A DNA stretch of 64,000 nucleotides. Origin: an uncultured Desulfospira sp. (GTDB taxonomy: Bacteria; Desulfobacterota; Desulfobacteria; Desulfobacterales; Desulfobacteraceae). A model generated the notes under the pieces. It was not told the origin of the DNA and ran no database searches. It was given only the letters and a program-made list of their open reading frames with translations. Below, piece by piece: positions 42,099-52,313 of this stretch (positions are counted from its first letter, which is position 1; every line of letters begins with the position of its first letter). The DNA is taken from positions 2,624,001 through 2,688,000 of the forward strand of contig OY760175.1 in assembly GCA_963663165.1 (NCBI GenBank). The letters are read 5' to 3'. Both the position numbers and the translations under genes were made by a program.

Positions 42099-45000
42099 CT
42101 ATTGGTTATTTATTTTTGCAGCCTGGGCCAAAGAAATAAAACCGTTTACTTTTCCAACCGTTTTTTTTGCGTCATGCCCGATATGGATCAGCACCGGGAC
42201 AATGAACAGGGTAACAGGGGTGGCAAACAACTCCCCAAAGGCCAGGGATATGGCAGCCGGAATCAGGTACTGGGCCTGCTCCGATGTTTCGGACAGCAGG
42301 GGCATAAGTCCGCACACCGTGGTCAGCGTGGTTAAGACAATGGCCCGAAACCGGCTGTTTCCTGCGTTTATCAATGCCTGAAAACAGTTTGGGAAATCGT
42401 CGGTTACATCGTTGAACCGGGATAAAAGCACCAGGCTGTCATTGACCACGACGCCCGTGACAGCCAGCATGCCGAAAAAAGAGAGCACACTTAAATCAAA
42501 CCCCATGGCCCAGTGCCCGGCCACAGCGCCCACAAACCCGAATGGAATGACAGACATGATCACAAGGGGCTGCCAATAGGATTTCAAGGGTACGGCCAAA
42601 AGGGCGTAGATCAGGATCAGGATCATGGCAAGGGCTCGGATCATGCCCCCTTTCATCTCACCCATATCCTCAAGTTCGCCGGCCGCTTTGATGGTCAGCT
42701 GGGGGTAAAGCTGCTGTAACCGGGGGATGATATCCTTTTTAATGAGCTTGATTGCCTCTTCGGCGCTGATAACTTCTTTATCCAGGTTCGCCTCGACCTG
42801 GGCCACCCGCTTTTTATCCTGGCGCACAATGGCTGCCGGCACATACCCGGATTCAATGTCGGCCACCAGGGACAAGGGAACCCATTGCCCGTTCCGGGTG
42901 CGGATCCGGGTGGAAAGAAGATCCCGGATATACCGGCACCGGTCTTCCCCGTATCTGACCTTTACCTTAACCTCTTCGGTGCCCCGCTGGATGCGCTGGA
43001 TTTCAAGGCCCCCAAAGGCGTTTCCGATCTGGCCGGCAAGGTCTGCGGTGGTAAGGCCCATATGCCTGGCTTCGGGCTTGAGATGCAGCCGAAGCCTTGG
43101 GTTACCCTGGTCCAGGTCGTCCCGGATATCATGGACACCCTTGATCTTGGCAAAGTCAGCCTCAAACCGGGCCACCGCATCCGTGAGCACGGCAGAATCC
43201 CGCGCACCAAGCTCAAGCACGAATCCGCCGCCTGTTTCAAATGATCCGCTGAAGGTCAGTGTTTCCACCCCTTCCAGGGTGCCCACCCGTTTGCGCCAGC
43301 GCTTCAAGGTCTCCAGGGTGTCAAGCTGCCTTTGGCTTTCCGGCTGCAGTTCCGCGTAAATTTCTGCATTGTTGGAACCTGTGACCGCCGTCATGATCCG
43401 GGCAATGGGCGGTTGTTCCGTGTTCAACTCAGCCATGGCCTCTTTATTGAGCGCTTCTGCCTGTTTTTCAATAAAGGAGATATGGTCCGCCGTCAGATCA
43501 GACGGGGAACCGGAACGGGTTTTCAGGGTCACGGTGATGATCTGGCCAGGCACCTGGGGGAAAAAAACCGTTCTGATCCAGCCGTTTGATATCAGGCCGA
43601 TGCCGCACACGGCAACCGTGACAAGGAATACCAGGGTGGCATAACGGTGGTTAAGGGTGGTTTTAAGCATTGGTTGGTAAATGCGGGTGTTGACAAAATC
43701 CATCAGGCCCGAGGCTTTTTTCTGCACAAAGGCCCACACCCTGTGTACAACCCCTTTGGATTTTTGTGTGCCTGGTGCGTCCTGGTTCATGGAGATGGCA
43801 GCCAGGTGAGCCGGCAGCACAAGCTTGCTTTCCAGCATGGAGGCAATGACCGAAATGATCACCACCACAGAGAAACTGGCAAACAATTTGCCGATTTCAT
43901 TTTCAATGAGCAGCAGGGGATAAAAGGCCGCCACCGTGGTAAAACAGCCAAACACCGTGGCTGTGGAGACCCGGTGCACCCCTTCAATGGTGCCTGTGAC
44001 AGGATCAGGGTTTTGCTTTCTGACCTCAAACACGCTTTCGCCCACCACAATGGCGTCATCCACCAGGATGCCCAGCACAATGATCATGCCGAATGTGGTG
44101 ATATCGTTTAAAGAGTAGTTCAAAAACCGCTCGCCCATAAGGGACAAAGCCCCTGCCAGGGAGATGGGAATACCCATGGCCACCCACACCGCAAGTTTAA
44201 CATTGAGAAACAAGGCCAGCAGCACAAACACAATTAACAGCCCCTGCCAGGCATTGGAGGCCAGAAGTTTGAGCCGGTCCTTCATGTAGGTGGCCTGCTC
44301 CGCCCAGATGTCGATCTTAATGCCCCTGGGCAGACCCGGACGGATTTTTTCAATCACATCCCGGGCCACCTTGTTCACGGCCATAAGATCGCCTTTCTGT
44401 CCGGTGTAGATCAGCATGCCCACGGACGGTTTGCCCTGGAACCGTGCAAAAAAAGGTTCTGTTTCAAATCCGTCCACAACCGTTGCAATGTCTTTTACCA
44501 GAAGCTGTGTGCCGTTGCTTAAGGTACGCACACCGATATTGGAAAATTCTTCAAAGGAGAACGCTTTTTTATCCGCCCGGATCACCACCTTGCCGCTTTT
44601 GCTTTCAATGGTGCCGGTGGCGTAATCCAGGGAGGCCTGGTTAATGGCGGATGCCACCTCTTCCAGGGTCATGCCGTAGGAGCGAAGCTTGTCCATATCC
44701 ACTTCAATGCGGATTTCATAGGGTTTTTGACCAAACACCTCTATGCGGGTCAGCATGGGATGGGAAAGCAGCTCCTCTTTGACCTGCCTTGCCGTCTGTT
44801 GCAGCGTGATTTCGTCACTATCCCCATACACCTGGACGATCAGGCCCATGACATTAAACTCATCCCTGGAGACCACCGGGCGCTCGGCCCGGTCCGGCAG
44901 ATTGTAAATGCTGTCCACCCGGGACTGGATCTCATTTTGGAACCGGTCCATATCAAATTTGGGTGTTTTGCGGATGCTGACCGTGGACAGGCCTTCATAG

Positions 45001-45254
45001 GATGTGGATGAAATTTTTTTTACGCCGGGCATGCCTTCCAGGGCATTTTCAATTTTCCGGGAAACGCCCCGGTCCACCTGTTCGGCACTGGCGCCGGGAT
45101 AGGCTGTCTGTACGGTGATACTGTTCACCGGCAGGGCGGGAAACCCTTCAATGCGAATGGAAAACAAGGTGAAAAACCCTGCAATCAGCACAAGAATCAT
45201 CAACAGGTTGGCAGCCACGGGATTCCTGGTGAACCAGGCAGATAATGCATGCAT
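42099..45254 (-). CDS. RND efflux pump
   Basis: NPVAANLLM, LGILVDDAIVVGE, VVNDSLVL, RFRAIVLT. Confidence 0.93.
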   Translation of the reverse strand: MHALSAWFTRNPVAANLLMILVLIAGFFTLFSIRIEGFPALPVNSITVQTAYPGASAEQVDRGVSRKIENALEGMPGVKKISSTSYEGLSTVSIRKTPKFDMDRFQNEIQSRVDSIYNLPDRAERPVVSRDEFNVMGLIVQVYGDSDEITLQQTARQVKEELLSHPMLTRIEVFGQKPYEIRIEVDMDKLRSYGMTLEEVASAINQASLDYATGTIESKSGKVVIRADKKAFSFEEFSNIGVRTLSNGTQLLVKDIATVVDGFETEPFFARFQGKPSVGMLIYTGQKGDLMAVNKVARDVIEKIRPGLPRGIKIDIWAEQATYMKDRLKLLASNAWQGLLIVFVLLALFLNVKLAVWVAMGIPISLAGALSLMGERFLNYSLNDITTFGMIIVLGILVDDAIVVGESVFEVRKQNPDPVTGTIEGVHRVSTATVFGCFTTVAAFYPLLLIENEIGKLFASFSVVVIISVIASMLESKLVLPAHLAAISMNQDAPGTQKSKGVVHRVWAFVQKKASGLMDFVNTRIYQPMLKTTLNHRYATLVFLVTVAVCGIGLISNGWIRTVFFPQVPGQIITVTLKTRSGSPSDLTADHISFIEKQAEALNKEAMAELNTEQPPIARIMTAVTGSNNAEIYAELQPESQRQLDTLETLKRWRKRVGTLEGVETLTFSGSFETGGGFVLELGARDSAVLTDAVARFEADFAKIKGVHDIRDDLDQGNPRLRLHLKPEARHMGLTTADLAGQIGNAFGGLEIQRIQRGTEEVKVKVRYGEDRCRYIRDLLSTRIRTRNGQWVPLSLVADIESGYVPAAIVRQDKKRVAQVEANLDKEVISAEEAIKLIKKDIIPRLQQLYPQLTIKAAGELEDMGEMKGGMIRALAMILILIYALLAVPLKSYWQPLVIMSVIPFGFVGAVAGHWAMGFDLSVLSFFGMLAVTGVVVNDSLVLLSRFNDVTDDFPNCFQALINAGNSRFRAIVLTTLTTVCGLMPLLSETSEQAQYLIPAAISLAFGELFATPVTLFIVPVLIHIGHDAKKTVGKVNGFISLAQAAKINNQ

Positions 45255-45258
45255 GATG

Positions 45259-46443
45259 TTATCCTTTCTCCTTTTGTCCGGGCTGGACTAAAAGCCCTGC
45301 GGCAAAGCTTGCATTGGGTGACACGGCAACCTGTAAAGAATCCTGGCCGCTGTTTTCAGGCATATTAATGTAGACCACGCCATTGCCGTAAAATACAGGC
45401 TGTGCATGAACCGGTTTCAGCCGGTTTTGGTCATCCACAAACCAGACCACCCCCTGTTTGGTGAGTGCGGTTTCCGGCAGGCACAAAAGCCCTGTAACCT
45501 TTTGGCCAATGATTTCGGCGCGCACAAAGGCACCGGGCAAAAGGGGCGGGTTCTGGGCCATGGGGTGAGCCACCTGGAGAAACAAGGTCTGCAGCCTGGA
45601 TTCAGAATCAAGCCGTTGTCCGTTTCGCACCACCCGGGCCTGCCAGGAGACATTTTGCTGGGTGGATACCAGGCGGGCGGCAACGCTTTTGTCCGGACTG
45701 CCGGAAGACAGGTTCATGCCTAAAAGGGCCAGTTGTTCCGCAGAAACATGGATGCCCACCTCGGCTGTGTCAATGCCGTACAGGGTGAAGATCTCATCCC
45801 CGGTTAACAGGGTCTCCCCGGGATTGACATGGCGCTCAAGGATGACGCCGTCAAAGGGGGCGCAGATTTTGGTGTATGACAACCGGGTTTCGGAAAGCGC
45901 AAGTGTTTTGCCCGCGGCGTTCAGCCCTGCCCGGGCGCAGTTGAGCTGGGGCTTGCGCAGCACAAGGTCAGACGCAGGCGATCCTTTTATGCCGGAGCGC
46001 TCCCAGTTTCGCAACGCTTCTTTGGCTTCGCGTTCCTCCTTGAGCAGCTCAACCTTTGCCTGGGCCACCCGGTTTTTATCCTCGCTGACCTGGGCCTGGT
46101 AGGCGGTCTCTTCTATTTTTACAAGGAGTTCGCCTTTTTTAACCCTGACCCCTGGCTGAAGCTTTGGATTCAGGTAGACAATGGGGCCGTCCACCCGGGC
46201 TTTGATGGTGGATTGCCACAGGGGCTTTACCTCGCCAAGGGCACTGATCCGCGCAGGATAGGCAGCACCTGCCACCTTTTGAACCGTTACGGGCATGCCC
46301 GTAAGCTGCACGGCCGTGTCCTCCTGCAACTGCCCCTTGGCAGGCTTTGATTCCAGGAACACAAAAGCCCCTGCCGTGCACACCAGGGCGGTCACAATAA
46401 AAACCGCCCATTTCCCCGTAAGTATTTGAATTATTTTTTTCAT
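45259..46443 (-). CDS. RND membrane-fusion protein
   Basis: GVRVKKGELL, ICAPFDG, LLPGAFV; start at MKKIIQ. Confidence 0.88.
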   Translation of the reverse strand: MKKIIQILTGKWAVFIVTALVCTAGAFVFLESKPAKGQLQEDTAVQLTGMPVTVQKVAGAAYPARISALGEVKPLWQSTIKARVDGPIVYLNPKLQPGVRVKKGELLVKIEETAYQAQVSEDKNRVAQAKVELLKEEREAKEALRNWERSGIKGSPASDLVLRKPQLNCARAGLNAAGKTLALSETRLSYTKICAPFDGVILERHVNPGETLLTGDEIFTLYGIDTAEVGIHVSAEQLALLGMNLSSGSPDKSVAARLVSTQQNVSWQARVVRNGQRLDSESRLQTLFLQVAHPMAQNPPLLPGAFVRAEIIGQKVTGLLCLPETALTKQGVVWFVDDQNRLKPVHAQPVFYGNGVVYINMPENSGQDSLQVAVSPNASFAAGLLVQPGQKEKG

Positions 46444-46515
46444 ATATAAACTCCTTGTAAACAATCAGCTTTTGTCAAATTTTCACAGCAACGCCGCAGC
46501 CGGGTGAGTCCGGGT

Positions 46516-47922
46516 TCAAATGCTTTTGCCTATGGCGATTGCCAGATCCACCCGGTTGCTCAGCCGGTCGGCCCGGGCCTGGTTCAGTTGCAGTTTCACC
46601 GAGATCTCCTGCTCTTTGGCAATGAGCAGCGTCTGGATATTGTCCAGGCCCTGGCGATACCGGTCCACAAAGTAACGGCTGCTGTTTTCAGACTCAATGG
46701 AAGCGATTTCAAGGGCCTTTGTCTGATTTGCCAGCTCCTTTTCCAGGGTGAGTGCATTTTCTATTTCGGCAAATGCCTGCAGCACAATGGCATGAAGGTC
46801 CTGGATGGCGGCATCCGCCTCAAGGTGACCGGCCCGGGCTTCATCCCGCAGGCGTCCCCCCTCAAACAGCGGCTGGAACACAGATCCTAAAAGTCCCCAA
46901 CAGGTTGTGGCACTGCCGATATCCGACAGCCGGGTCCCGGACCGGAACAGTTCGCCGGACAGGGTGACCCCGGGAAGCCTGGCCTTGTCCGCAGCCCGGG
47001 CCTGATTTCGGGCAGCGTCAACCCGGGCAAGGCCTGCCCGGATATCCGGCCGGTTTAAAAGAACCGCTGCCGGCGTATCCAGCGCCGGCAGGGCAAGGGC
47101 GGGCCAGTCCCGGCCCCGGGACAATTGTCCCTGTGGATATCGGCCAAGAAGGACTTCAAGACAGCGAATAGAATTGGAAAGATCTGCCTCTCTGGCGCTT
47201 AGATCTGCTTTGGCCACCTGGGTCCGGGTTCTGGCTGCGGCATATTCGTCCAGGCTGCCAATGCCGTCCTGGTACCGGTGGATCAAAATATCTTCAATCT
47301 GCTGTAAAACCGAAATACGCTGTGTTTCAATGGCTTTTGCCCGGCGGGCCGACACCTGCCGTATCCATGCCTGGATCACCCGGGCAGCCAGAAGGTCCCG
47401 GGCCTTTTGAAAATCCTGCTCTTTGGCCTGGACCTCCTGGCTTGCGGCCTGGTATTGGTCAGCCAGCCGGCCCCACAGATCGATTTCCCAGCTCACATTG
47501 GCTGTGATTTTATGGCTGGTCTGGGTGTCGCGTTCAAATGTAGTGTAATTGTACTCCTGGTTGCTTTTTCCACTGGAAAATCCTGCAAAAAGCTTTGGAA
47601 GTCGCCCGGATGCAGGGCCTGAAAGAAGATACTGTGCGGACCCAAGCCGGAATGCCGCAGCTTTTATATCCGGGTTGTTTTCCAGGGCTTCGTCCACCAG
47701 GCTGCGAAGCTTGTTGGAATCAATGATGTCCAGAAGCCCTGCGGTAATGGGCAGGGCTTCCGGGCCAGAAGATGTGCCGAATGTGCCGGGAATATCCCGG
47801 GGAAGCACAGCCGGAGCCTTGGAGAAAGTTGAAGCGCAGCCCTGCAGCCACAATGCCGGGATAATAATTGCCAGCCCAAGGAGTAATCGTATTTTATGTA
47901 TCGTGCTTTTCATCCTGATCAT
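46516..47922 (-). CDS. RND outer-membrane lipoprotein
   Basis: Lipobox LQGC; NNPDIKAA, SWEIDLWG, RPDIRA. Confidence 0.9.
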   Translation of the reverse strand: MIRMKSTIHKIRLLLGLAIIIPALWLQGCASTFSKAPAVLPRDIPGTFGTSSGPEALPITAGLLDIIDSNKLRSLVDEALENNPDIKAAAFRLGSAQYLLSGPASGRLPKLFAGFSSGKSNQEYNYTTFERDTQTSHKITANVSWEIDLWGRLADQYQAASQEVQAKEQDFQKARDLLAARVIQAWIRQVSARRAKAIETQRISVLQQIEDILIHRYQDGIGSLDEYAAARTRTQVAKADLSAREADLSNSIRCLEVLLGRYPQGQLSRGRDWPALALPALDTPAAVLLNRPDIRAGLARVDAARNQARAADKARLPGVTLSGELFRSGTRLSDIGSATTCWGLLGSVFQPLFEGGRLRDEARAGHLEADAAIQDLHAIVLQAFAEIENALTLEKELANQTKALEIASIESENSSRYFVDRYRQGLDNIQTLLIAKEQEISVKLQLNQARADRLSNRVDLAIAIGKSI

Positions 47923-48321
47923 TGCTCACCCCAAAACGCTTAGTCCATGAAACAGCATCAAACCCGCAAAAAAAAACTGCCCTTTAAACGATCCCATCAT
48001 TTATCTTCCTTGGTGCCTCCTTTGTTGCTTTTTTAAAATCAATGATCGGATAGTAAAGGATTTTAAAACACAGGTCTGTCTGCTTTGTGTACCCAATTGT
48101 ACCCAATTGTACACAGCCCTTTGCGCTGCAAAACCAGGGGTACAAAACCGGCCGCTTTTTACAGCAGCCCAATACACAAATCACAGCCGGATGTTATATA
48201 ATTATGAAAATGCAATGTGCGTTAAGAAGAAAACCTATCTTGCGATTTTTGGGGGGGTGCTAAGATTCAAAAAATGTAACGCGGATACGCCAAATCAGCT
48301 ACAAAATAATATAACGGGAAG

Positions 48322-48393
48322 ATATCCCGCCGCTTTACCCCGCCAATAAAATATATAAACCTTACCTCGCTTACCCCGCAGTTATCCCGCCGC
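48322..48393. repeat. Five 9-bp direct repeats near the left end of the element
   Basis: ATATCCCGC, TTACCCCGC, TTACCTCGC, TTACCCCGC, TTATCCCGC. Confidence 0.65.
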
Positions 48394-48455
48394 GAATTTT
48401 TTCGAAAAAAGCTTTGCCAATCTATTTGGAAGAAGTCAATACTTCCTTGATAAAA

Positions 48456-48550
48456 AAGGCTCGAAGCTGCAACTTCGAGCCTTCAATGTAGACATCCGAG
48501 TAGGTTACGGAAGCCACACCACCGTTTTTATCTAACCACGGCTTCCGTAA
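48456..48550 (+). promoter_or_regulatory. Structured leader: two perfect 11-bp hairpins
   Basis: AAGGCTCGAAG/CTTCGAGCCTT (48456-48483) and TTACGGAAGCC/GGCTTCCGTAA (48505-48550). Confidence 0.55.
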
Positions 48551-48568
48551 TTTAGCAAGAGCGGAAGC

Positions 48569-48958
48569 ATGGAAATCGTTTTATTAAAACGTATCGAGTG
48601 TAAGCGATGTTTCCAAATTTTCTATGTGTGCCGCAGTTGCTGGCGGGGGCAGGCATATTGCTGTCAAGAATGCCGCCAGGAGGCCCGCAAAGAAGCGCAC
48701 TGCAAAGCTCAAAAAAAATATCGACAAACGCCAAAAGGTAAAGAGGCCCACCGTCGTCAAGAAAAAAACAAAAGATTACGTCAAGCTGAAAAAACCATGG
48801 ATGATACATCTACTATACCCGGTGTAACCCATGATAGTGTCTCTCCCAAGCCATTATGTTCCGGCCCCTGTTGCCATTTTTGTGGGAAAATTGGTTGGGT
48901 TGTAGAGCATTTTCCCTGGCGCGGATATGCAAAACGACCTGTAAGGGCCAATCAATGA
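48569..48958 (+). CDS. Cys-rich basic (zinc-finger-like) protein, transposon accessory
   Basis: CKRC..CRSC..YCCQEC, basic helix, CHFC. Confidence 0.7.
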   Translation: MEIVLLKRIECKRCFQIFYVCRSCWRGQAYCCQECRQEARKEAHCKAQKKYRQTPKGKEAHRRQEKNKRLRQAEKTMDDTSTIPGVTHDSVSPKPLCSGPCCHFCGKIGWVVEHFPWRGYAKRPVRANQ

Positions 48959-48967
48959 AACATCTTA

Positions 48968-49372
48968 ATGGAGGATAAGACAATGAAAAAAGAAATATTG
49001 ACAGGCCATTGCAACAAAATGAAAAACAGATTTTCATCCCGGGAGCTATTTAAACTGAGAAACGATATCCCTGTGGATATGCTGATCCGTGACCATTTAC
49101 AGATTCCATCCAAAATCAGGGATGGTGTTTTCCGGTTTTTATGTCCTTTGTGCAATGAGTTTCAAACCGCTGTAAATCCAGCCACCAATCTGGCCAGGTG
49201 TTTTCGGTGTGAGAAGAATTTCAACACCATTGATCTGGTCATGGAAGTCAAGGGATATGGATTCAGGGACAGTGTATTTTTTTTGAAAGAACTGGATGCG
49301 GTCTCCTATGTCCCGGCAAATGTGTTGACGTCTCTTGCCACCGGTATCGGTCAACCCTGGCCTGGGAAGTAA
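48968..49372 (+). CDS. Stand-alone CHC2-type (primase zinc-binding-like) protein
   Basis: FLCPLC...VNPATNLARCFRCEKNFNTIDLVM..KGYGFRDSV; no TOPRIM domain. Confidence 0.75.
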   Translation: MEDKTMKKEILTGHCNKMKNRFSSRELFKLRNDIPVDMLIRDHLQIPSKIRDGVFRFLCPLCNEFQTAVNPATNLARCFRCEKNFNTIDLVMEVKGYGFRDSVFFLKELDAVSYVPANVLTSLATGIGQPWPGK

Positions 49373-49374
49373 AG

Positions 49375-49929
49375 ATGAAACGGCTGCTTCAACTGGAGAC
49401 CCTTATTGCCCGTAATCAGGAGAGTTTCTATAAGATCGGTCAGGCGTTAAAAGAAATCCGTGACAGCCGCCTGTACAAACTGGCCCTGTTTGAGACATTT
49501 GAAGCATATACCAGGGAACGGTGGGATATGGGCAAGTCCCATGCATACCGCCTGATCAAATCTTATGAAGTGATCTATAATTTGTCCCCAATTGGGGACA
49601 AAACACCTGCCAATGAATCCCAGGTCCGGCCTCTTGCTCAATTGGACCCCCTGGACCAGCGCAACACCTGGAAGGCAATCATAGACAACGGTATTGAGTT
49701 AACCGCACGGAACATCAAAAAATTTGTAGAGGCCCAAAAAATACCCCCGGAGAACAAACCGGATTTGGCGGAACGGATTTCGGCTGAATACATGGCAGCC
49801 GTACATGCAATGATTGAACAGGTGCGGGTGGCCCAGCATGATCATTGGCAGCAAACGTCCCGGCAGGCTGCATTGTTGTGGCACAGGGTGATCCGCGAAA
49901 AAATTTTATCAAAAGGGGCAAGACAATGA
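49375..49929 (+). CDS. Helical DNA-binding-like accessory protein
   Basis: IGQALKEIRDSRLY..TFEAY..ERW..KSHAYRLI, NESQVRPL; ATGA overlap with the transposase gene. Confidence 0.65.
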   Translation: MKRLLQLETLIARNQESFYKIGQALKEIRDSRLYKLALFETFEAYTRERWDMGKSHAYRLIKSYEVIYNLSPIGDKTPANESQVRPLAQLDPLDQRNTWKAIIDNGIELTARNIKKFVEAQKIPPENKPDLAERISAEYMAAVHAMIEQVRVAQHDHWQQTSRQAALLWHRVIREKILSKGARQ

Positions 49930-51593
49930 AGAACCTGAGCCTTGATGACCGTTTTTATTTGCTGCTCCATAAAAAAATCATGAATAAAACCGGATCAGCC
50001 AAAAGAAGGTCCAAAAAATATTACAAAGACCAGTACAGGAAAACCGGCATTATCCCGACGCCCCTTCTACTGGTTGAAAAAGGGATTATGGACGGCCGCA
50101 AATGCAGCGGCCGGCCCCGGTCCATAGATGAACAAACCAAAAGGCGGTTTATCGAAATGGTCAAGGCCTCCTGTGACCCGTCATCCCAGGGGTTTATTTT
50201 TATTACCCGAAAAGCCAGAACCATTAAAAATTACCACTATTGGCTTGAAAGAGAATTGGGAAAAACCATCAGCCTTCCGGCACTCAGGCGATGTGCCCAA
50301 AGGGAAGGCCTTAAATTTTACCTGGAAAAAGAAGATTTTGAAGAAAATGCCCCGGTGAAAAACGCATTCAAGCCTGTTCCGGTGTTTGGCCTGATACAGG
50401 TAGACGGTTGCAACTTTCGATATTTAAAAATCAAAAATGAGGCTGGCCACTGGCAAAAACCCCAAGTCATTGAAACGTTTGATACCGGTTCCCGGTACAT
50501 GTTTGAACTTGATGCCTATTTCGATGAAAGCAGCTTAAGCTCAGTGGATTTGTTTAACCGGTTTTTGCTTTCCACCCCATTTCCCCAGAAGAAAGTCCGG
50601 TTCAGGCCGGATAACGCCACAGGATTTGTAAATCTCAAAAGAGTCATCAACGCCTTGAATATAAAACATTCCGTTCCCGGAGGATTTTATCTGGCGCCGG
50701 ATTTTTCAAGGGTAAGTGCCCCCAGGGACAAGGCCCATCTTGAGTCCTCCCATCGCAGTCTTCATAATTTTGAAATCCGAATCATCAAGGCGTTTGAAGA
50801 CAGGATTGTAAAGACCGTTCCAGGGGTTATCTTCAATAATAAGAAAAAAGAAAAAATCACTGTGACACTCCTTGATATTACACTCCGGGATTTAAGACAC
50901 AGCCCCCTGATAAAAGAATACCGCCACGAACATAACCACACCAAACATTATTTTAGCGAAAATGGAAAGATCAGTGCATGGGTTCCGGCACAAAAGCTGG
51001 AAGAATTTTTATCAAGGCAAGCCGATATCCTTACCTTTTCACCGGATGAGGTGCAGGAATATATGAAGTATGGCTACAGGAAAATAAAAGCCACTGTATC
51101 TAACAAAAGAACCATTCGCCATGACAACCGGATCTATTGTGTAACCAGTGGTACAGACCGGTTCAGCAGGCATAAAAGTACACCGGTGCAAATATCAGTA
51201 TATAAGGGCAAGCTGTTTATTTTTGAACGGGGGGAAGACGGCATACTATTGGGCGAAGCCCTTGCCACAAAGCCGTTTGACAAACCACCTGACCCAAAAT
51301 CTGTACCAGTGGCCCCGGATGAACTCGACATGATGATCATTTTTCTGGAAAAGCACAACATGGCCGTCGACCGGCGAGTCTTAATTGAAGCTTATCATAG
51401 CGGCCTCACTCTGGCCCGGGCTCAACAAGTGCTTCATCATAATCAATCCAGGTACAAGAATTATATGAAAAAGATGCGGCAACCTGAAACACAGAAAAAG
51501 CAGGCGGTATTCAATGCCTTTATGCTTGACTGCCGGAAATTGATCAATACAAACCATGTGGCCACGTATGCATCCTGCGGAGATTTAACATGA
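49926..51593 (+). CDS. DDE (rve/Mu-like) transposase
   Basis: LIQVDG, RFRPDNA and PRDKAHLESSH give a D-D-E triad; N-terminal GRPR; start at MKNLSL. Confidence 0.8.
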   Translation: MKNLSLDDRFYLLLHKKIMNKTGSAKRRSKKYYKDQYRKTGIIPTPLLLVEKGIMDGRKCSGRPRSIDEQTKRRFIEMVKASCDPSSQGFIFITRKARTIKNYHYWLERELGKTISLPALRRCAQREGLKFYLEKEDFEENAPVKNAFKPVPVFGLIQVDGCNFRYLKIKNEAGHWQKPQVIETFDTGSRYMFELDAYFDESSLSSVDLFNRFLLSTPFPQKKVRFRPDNATGFVNLKRVINALNIKHSVPGGFYLAPDFSRVSAPRDKAHLESSHRSLHNFEIRIIKAFEDRIVKTVPGVIFNNKKKEKITVTLLDITLRDLRHSPLIKEYRHEHNHTKHYFSENGKISAWVPAQKLEEFLSRQADILTFSPDEVQEYMKYGYRKIKATVSNKRTIRHDNRIYCVTSGTDRFSRHKSTPVQISVYKGKLFIFERGEDGILLGEALATKPFDKPPDPKSVPVAPDELDMMIIFLEKHNMAVDRRVLIEAYHSGLTLARAQQVLHHNQSRYKNYMKKMRQPETQKKQAVFNAFMLDCRKLINTNHVATYASCGDLT

Positions 51594-52252
51594 AGGCAGA
51601 TTTTATCAGTGACAAACGAAGGGTATCATACCTGAGCGCCACTTATAGCCGGATCTACCGGGGCCGGAGCGTACTCATTGAGGGAGATTTTGGAGCGGGA
51701 AAAACCAGGTTTTTAAAACTGCTTCGTCCCAAAAAACTTCATGCCGTATGGGTAGAGTCCCTGTTCAACATACACGAAACCCTGGCATCCATACTCAAAG
51801 AATTGAACTATGACACCACAGCCACATATCGCAGAACTCCCCAGTACCTGAAAATGATCTGCAACCTGTCCAACTGCTTTATTATTATTGATGAGGCCAA
51901 TGATCTGGATACCAGGGTCTGGCCATATCTTAAGCGGATCATTGATGCCGGTGTTCCTATTGTTTTTGCAGGGCTTCCAAAGGTCAGGACCTATTTGATT
52001 CGCAATCACCCTGATATCCTCAGCCGGTTGAAAACCCTGATTTTATATCCCATAGAGGTTGAGGGCTTTATCGAACAATATAAAGATATCCAGCAGGAAG
52101 CCGTTGAGCAAATTTATATGGCGGTCAAAGGCGACATGCGTAAATTTAAAGAAATCTGTACTGACTGCCGGGACAAGGCAAAGGAATTGAACCACCAATT
52201 TGTTGACATTAATCTTGCCCTGGAGTTTATATCTGACCTTCCTCCCCAGTAA
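51590..52252 (+). CDS. AAA ATPase transposition helper (MuB/TniB/IstB-like role)
   Basis: Walker A GDFGAGKT, Walker B IIIDEA; ATGA-coupled to the transposase gene. Confidence 0.82.
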   Translation: MKADFISDKRRVSYLSATYSRIYRGRSVLIEGDFGAGKTRFLKLLRPKKLHAVWVESLFNIHETLASILKELNYDTTATYRRTPQYLKMICNLSNCFIIIDEANDLDTRVWPYLKRIIDAGVPIVFAGLPKVRTYLIRNHPDILSRLKTLILYPIEVEGFIEQYKDIQQEAVEQIYMAVKGDMRKFKEICTDCRDKAKELNHQFVDINLALEFISDLPPQ

Positions 52253-52273
52253 TCCCTGAAAAGTAGATCCGTA

Positions 52274-52313
52274 AAAACAGGCCACTTCTGATTTAACCGG
52301 AAGATGGCCTGTT
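52274..52313 (+). terminator. Hairpin after the ATPase gene
   Basis: AAACAGGCCA...TGGCCTGTTT. Confidence 0.5.

Noticed and set aside
48087..48114. TGTACCCAAT tandem repeat upstream of the third RND operon
   Set aside because: Only about 2.5 copies; may be an operator but support is insufficient
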